A stretch of DNA of 32,000 nt from Erysipelotrichaceae bacterium. GTDB taxonomy: Bacteria; Bacillota_I; Bacilli_A; Erysipelotrichales; Erysipelotrichaceae. The notes under the pieces are model-generated. The model was given only the letters and a program-made list of their open reading frames with translations, was not told the origin of the DNA and did no database searches. Position 1 is the stretch's first letter. Each line of letters starts with the position of its first letter. Positions 31,122 to 32,000 of this stretch are shown in pieces. The stretch lies in contig OY781039.1 of the NCBI GenBank assembly GCA_963676105.1, forward strand, positions 690,001 to 722,000. Direction: 5' to 3'. The position numbers were made by a program, and so were the translations under genes.

Positions 31122-31907
31122 ATGAAAAATCTACCTAAAGCTCTATTCTTTGACTTCGATGGAACCATCGTAGATCCAAAGACTCACGAAGTGCCACAAA
31201 GCGCACTCGACGCCCTCCAACAACTCCATGAAAACGGCTATCATATTTGTATCGCTTCTGGTCGTGGTTATCCACTTCTAAAAGCTACGGGTATTATGGA
31301 TCGCTTCCCATGGGATGGTTATGTTTTAAACAATGGTCAACTGATTAAGGATGAAAATGAGAATACACTTATCCACCACTTCATTGAACATGATGTTGTC
31401 TTAAAAATTATTGAAGAAGCCAATAAATTGGATTTGAACATTCAATTTGGCTCAACTGAAGGTGACTTCATGAATAAAGAAGCCAATGACTATGTTCATG
31501 CAGCTCATGAATTCTTCCATGAACCTATTGCGCCACTAGGAGAATATACTGGTCAAAACTGCGATAAAATATTGGTCTACAATGAATTCGGCTATGATTA
31601 CGCTCCTTTTAAAGCCATAAAAGGTTTGGCAGTCTTCCCTGCTCGTAGTTCTTATGCTGATCTAGCGTGTGAGGGTATCTCAAAAGCCAGTGCCATCATT
31701 GAACTATGCAAACATAAGGGATGGGATGTACACTATGCAGCCTTTGGCGATTCTTTAAATGACATGGAAATGTTAAAAGGCGCAAGTTTAAAAGTTGCGA
31801 TGGGAAATGGTGATGATGATCTTAAAGCCATTGCCAATGTCATCGCCCCTGAAGTTTGGGACAATGGTCTAGCACGTGTTTTAAAAGAAATTGGATATAT
31901 TAACTAA
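31122..31907 (+). CDS. Cof-type HAD-IIB phosphatase (second, divergent copy)
   Basis: I chose the start at ATG 31122 (MKNLPKALFFDFDGTIV). Motif I is DFDGT, with IASGR and motif IV GDSLNDMEML. The ORF-track start at 31113 is a TTG inside the -10 box. Confidence 0.85.
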   Translation: MKNLPKALFFDFDGTIVDPKTHEVPQSALDALQQLHENGYHICIASGRGYPLLKATGIMDRFPWDGYVLNNGQLIKDENENTLIHHFIEHDVVLKIIEEANKLDLNIQFGSTEGDFMNKEANDYVHAAHEFFHEPIAPLGEYTGQNCDKILVYNEFGYDYAPFKAIKGLAVFPARSSYADLACEGISKASAIIELCKHKGWDVHYAAFGDSLNDMEMLKGASLKVAMGNGDDDLKAIANVIAPEVWDNGLARVLKEIGYIN

Positions 31908-31932
31908 AAAGCTGAAATTGTCTCAGCTTTTT
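31906..31932. terminator. Bidirectional terminator
   Basis: AAAAAGCTGA-aattgtc-TCAGCTTTTTTT lies between the stop at 31905-31907 and the convergent stop at 31933-31935. Confidence 0.65.
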
Positions 31933-32000
31933 TTATACATCGTTTAAACTTTTGTCACCATACATAGCTTTCCAATCAGTATTGAAATCTTTAACAGCTT
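31933..32000 (-). CDS. 3' end of an unidentified minus-strand gene (the last 22 codons only)
   Basis: The open frame reads ...AVKDFNTDWKAMYGDKSLNDV, then TAA (31935-31933), immediately followed by the terminator hairpin. Confidence 0.3.
   Translation of the reverse strand, partial: AVKDFNTDWKAMYGDKSLNDV

Noticed and set aside
31942-31949. A second GTTTAAAC octamer, possibly linked to the one at 30254-30261
   Set aside because: It is a single extra occurrence of an AT-rich palindrome inside coding sequence, which is expected by chance at this base composition.
1-32000. Alternative genetic code (TGA as Trp, as in Mycoplasma/Spiroplasma) considered because of the AT-rich, Mollicute-like gene content
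   Set aside because: All conserved genes are full length under the standard code. Trp positions use TGG. TGA functions as the stop of fpg, coaE, the hicA uORF and the 41-aa ORF.
1-32000. Search for tRNA, rRNA, CRISPR arrays, IS elements and prophage genes
   Set aside because: Every intergenic region longer than 60 nt is accounted for by promoters, terminators or the T-box. None shows a cloverleaf-like GC-rich segment, regularly spaced repeats, or terminal inverted repeats flanking a transposase-like ORF.

Overview
AT-rich chromosomal segment of a low-GC Gram-positive type (Bacillota; Erysipelotrichia- or Acholeplasma-like by gene content, but no organism can be assigned from the sequence alone). 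It reads cleanly in the standard code: TGA is used as a stop and TGG as Trp. I support about 34 protein genes, about 29 of them on the minus strand, tightly packed with many abutting or overlapping stop/start pairs. Most of the window is core housekeeping: thrS behind a threonine T-box leader; polA-fpg-coaE-dnaB-dnaI; pfkA-pyk-ROK kinase-M29 aminopeptidase; radC-mreC-mreD. Accessory content: three tandem GGDEF diguanylate-cyclase paralogs (the first cut by the window edge), a hicAB toxin-antitoxin pair, a TetR-MMPL-small membrane protein operon, two orphan substrate-binding lipoproteins, a GPH-type sugar transporter flanked by two Cof-type HAD phosphatases, and a three-gene operon of a VTC (polyphosphate-polymerase-like) protein, a DUF4956 membrane protein and a Cthe_2159-type beta-helix lipoprotein. 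I saw no rRNA, tRNA, CRISPR array, transposase, integrase or phage genes. The best candidate for an undescribed system is the VTC-DUF4956-beta-helix lipoprotein operon (11043-14192), a possible bacterial envelope polyphosphate synthesis/translocation/binding module. A second recurring signal is that at least six genes lack a Shine-Dalgarno site and have an (often extended) -10 box 6-9 nt upstream of the ATG, which suggests leaderless or near-leaderless mRNAs. All family assignments rest on motif recognition by eye, since no searches could be run.
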